In this document: piece by piece, positions 62,704-64,000 of the stretch
How positions within the stretch are numbered: position 1 is the first letter of the stretch
Layout: each line of letters opens with the position of its first letter
Origin: Scyliorhinus canicula
Taxonomy: Eukaryota
DNA: 64,000 nucleotides
Reading direction: 5' to 3'
NCBI RefSeq assembly: GCF_902713615.1
Contig: NC_052161.1
Location: 86,778,236-86,842,235, forward strand
Made by a program: the position numbers and the translations under genes
Notes under the pieces: generated by a model
What the model saw: only the letters and a program-made list of their open reading frames with translations
The model's database searches: none
Told to the model about the DNA's origin: nothing

Positions 62704-64000
62704 TGATGCCCTTGGAGGGACGGAGGTGGCAGCCGCTATGGACATGGAGGAGGCCTTTGATTGGGTAGAATGGGAATATTTGTCGGAGGTACTGGGACAG
62801 TTCGGTTCAGGTAAGGGTTTGTGGATTGGGTCCGGTTGTTGTATCGGGCGGCGGTAGCAAGTGTAAGGACGAATCAGGTAAGTTTGGGGTATTTCGGGCT
62901 GCATTGTGGGACAAGGCAGGTTTCTCACTCTCCCCATTGTTTGCATTTGTGATAGAGCCACTGGTAATGGCACTGAGAGCTTCAAGAAGCTGGCAGGGCA
63001 TAGTGCAGGGGAGGGGGCTGGATCACAGGGTCTCGCTATATGTGGACATAGAACATAGAACATAGAACAGTACAGCACAGAACAGGCCCTTCGGCCCTCA
63101 ATGTTGTGCCGAGCCATGATCACCCTACTCAAACTCACGTATCCACCCTATACCCGTAACCCAACAACCCCCCCCTTAACCTTACTTTTATTAGGACACT
63201 ACGGGCAATTTAGCATGGCCAATCCACCTAACCCGCACATCTTTGGACTGTGGGAGGAAACCGGAGCACCCAGAGGAAACCCACGCACACAGGGGGAGGA
63301 CGTGCAGACTCCACACAGACAGTGACCCAGCCGGGAATCGAACCTGGGACCCTGGAGCTGTGAAGCATTTATGCTAACCACCATGCTACCCTGCCGCCCT
63401 GTTGCTTTACAGACCGGATCCATTGAAATTATTGGAGGGATCGTGGACATTTTAGTGGAATTCGGGCGGTTTTCCGGGTAAAGTGAAACTTCGGGAAGAG
63501 TGAGGTCTTTCCGATCCAGGCGAGGGGGCAGGAGAGGAGATTGGGTGAGCTGCCATTTAAGGTAGTGGGGGTGAGTTTCCGGTATCAGGGCATCCAGGTG
63601 GAGTGGGGGTGGGAGCAGCTACATAAATTGAATTTGGCACAGTTGGTGGAGCAGATGAAGGGTGATTTTAAGAGGTGTGACGTGCTCCCATTGTCATTGG
63701 CGAGGGTAGGGTTTTGGAGATCTATAAGGTGTTAATGGACTGGGAGGGAGCCCCGATAGGAGACGTTAAGTGGAAGTTGGAGGGAGAGCTGGGGAGTGAG
63801 GTGGAGGCAGGGTATGGAAGCAGGGTCTGAGGAGGGTGAATGCATCTTCTTTGCGTGTTGGGCTTAGCCTTATTCAATTTAAGGTACTCCATATGGCGGT
63901 GGGCAGAATGAGCAGGTTTTTTGAGGGGGTGGGGGATAGGGGTGGGCGGTGTATGGGGGGACCTGCGAACCATATTCACATGTTCTGGGCCTGTCCGAAG
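62704..64000 (+). mobile_element. Duplicate of the 9741-10872 L1 fragment
   Basis: Collinear up to the window end. Confidence 0.85.
63048..63399 (-). mobile_element. SINE present only in duplication copy 2
   Basis: Empty site in copy 1 at about 10088 (gtggacgatctgttgc). Confidence 0.9.

Overview
This is vertebrate genomic DNA, most likely from a shark (tRNA-headed elasmobranch-type SINEs, L1, CR1, Gypsy and a class I ERV). It is almost entirely repeats, with a 100-N scaffold gap at 47047-47146. The only host coding sequence I can support is the 5' end of a minus-strand Ig-superfamily receptor gene: a signal-peptide exon (ATG at 21772) spliced in phase 1 to a V-set exon (20563-20195) that resembles domain 1 of the CD4/LAG-3 family. 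No later exons appear in the 20 kb downstream. Bases 1-10872 recur, diverged and with independent SINE insertions, at about 52237-64000, which suggests a larger duplication around this gene. Other points of interest are two Gypsy elements with no tRNA primer site but a covarying LTR-leader duplex (possible self-priming), an ERV with an open, internally deleted env, a minisatellite that repeats Ikaros- and RUNX-type motifs, and tandem arrays seeded by transposon sequence. All calls come from reading the sequence by eye; no searches or computations were run.
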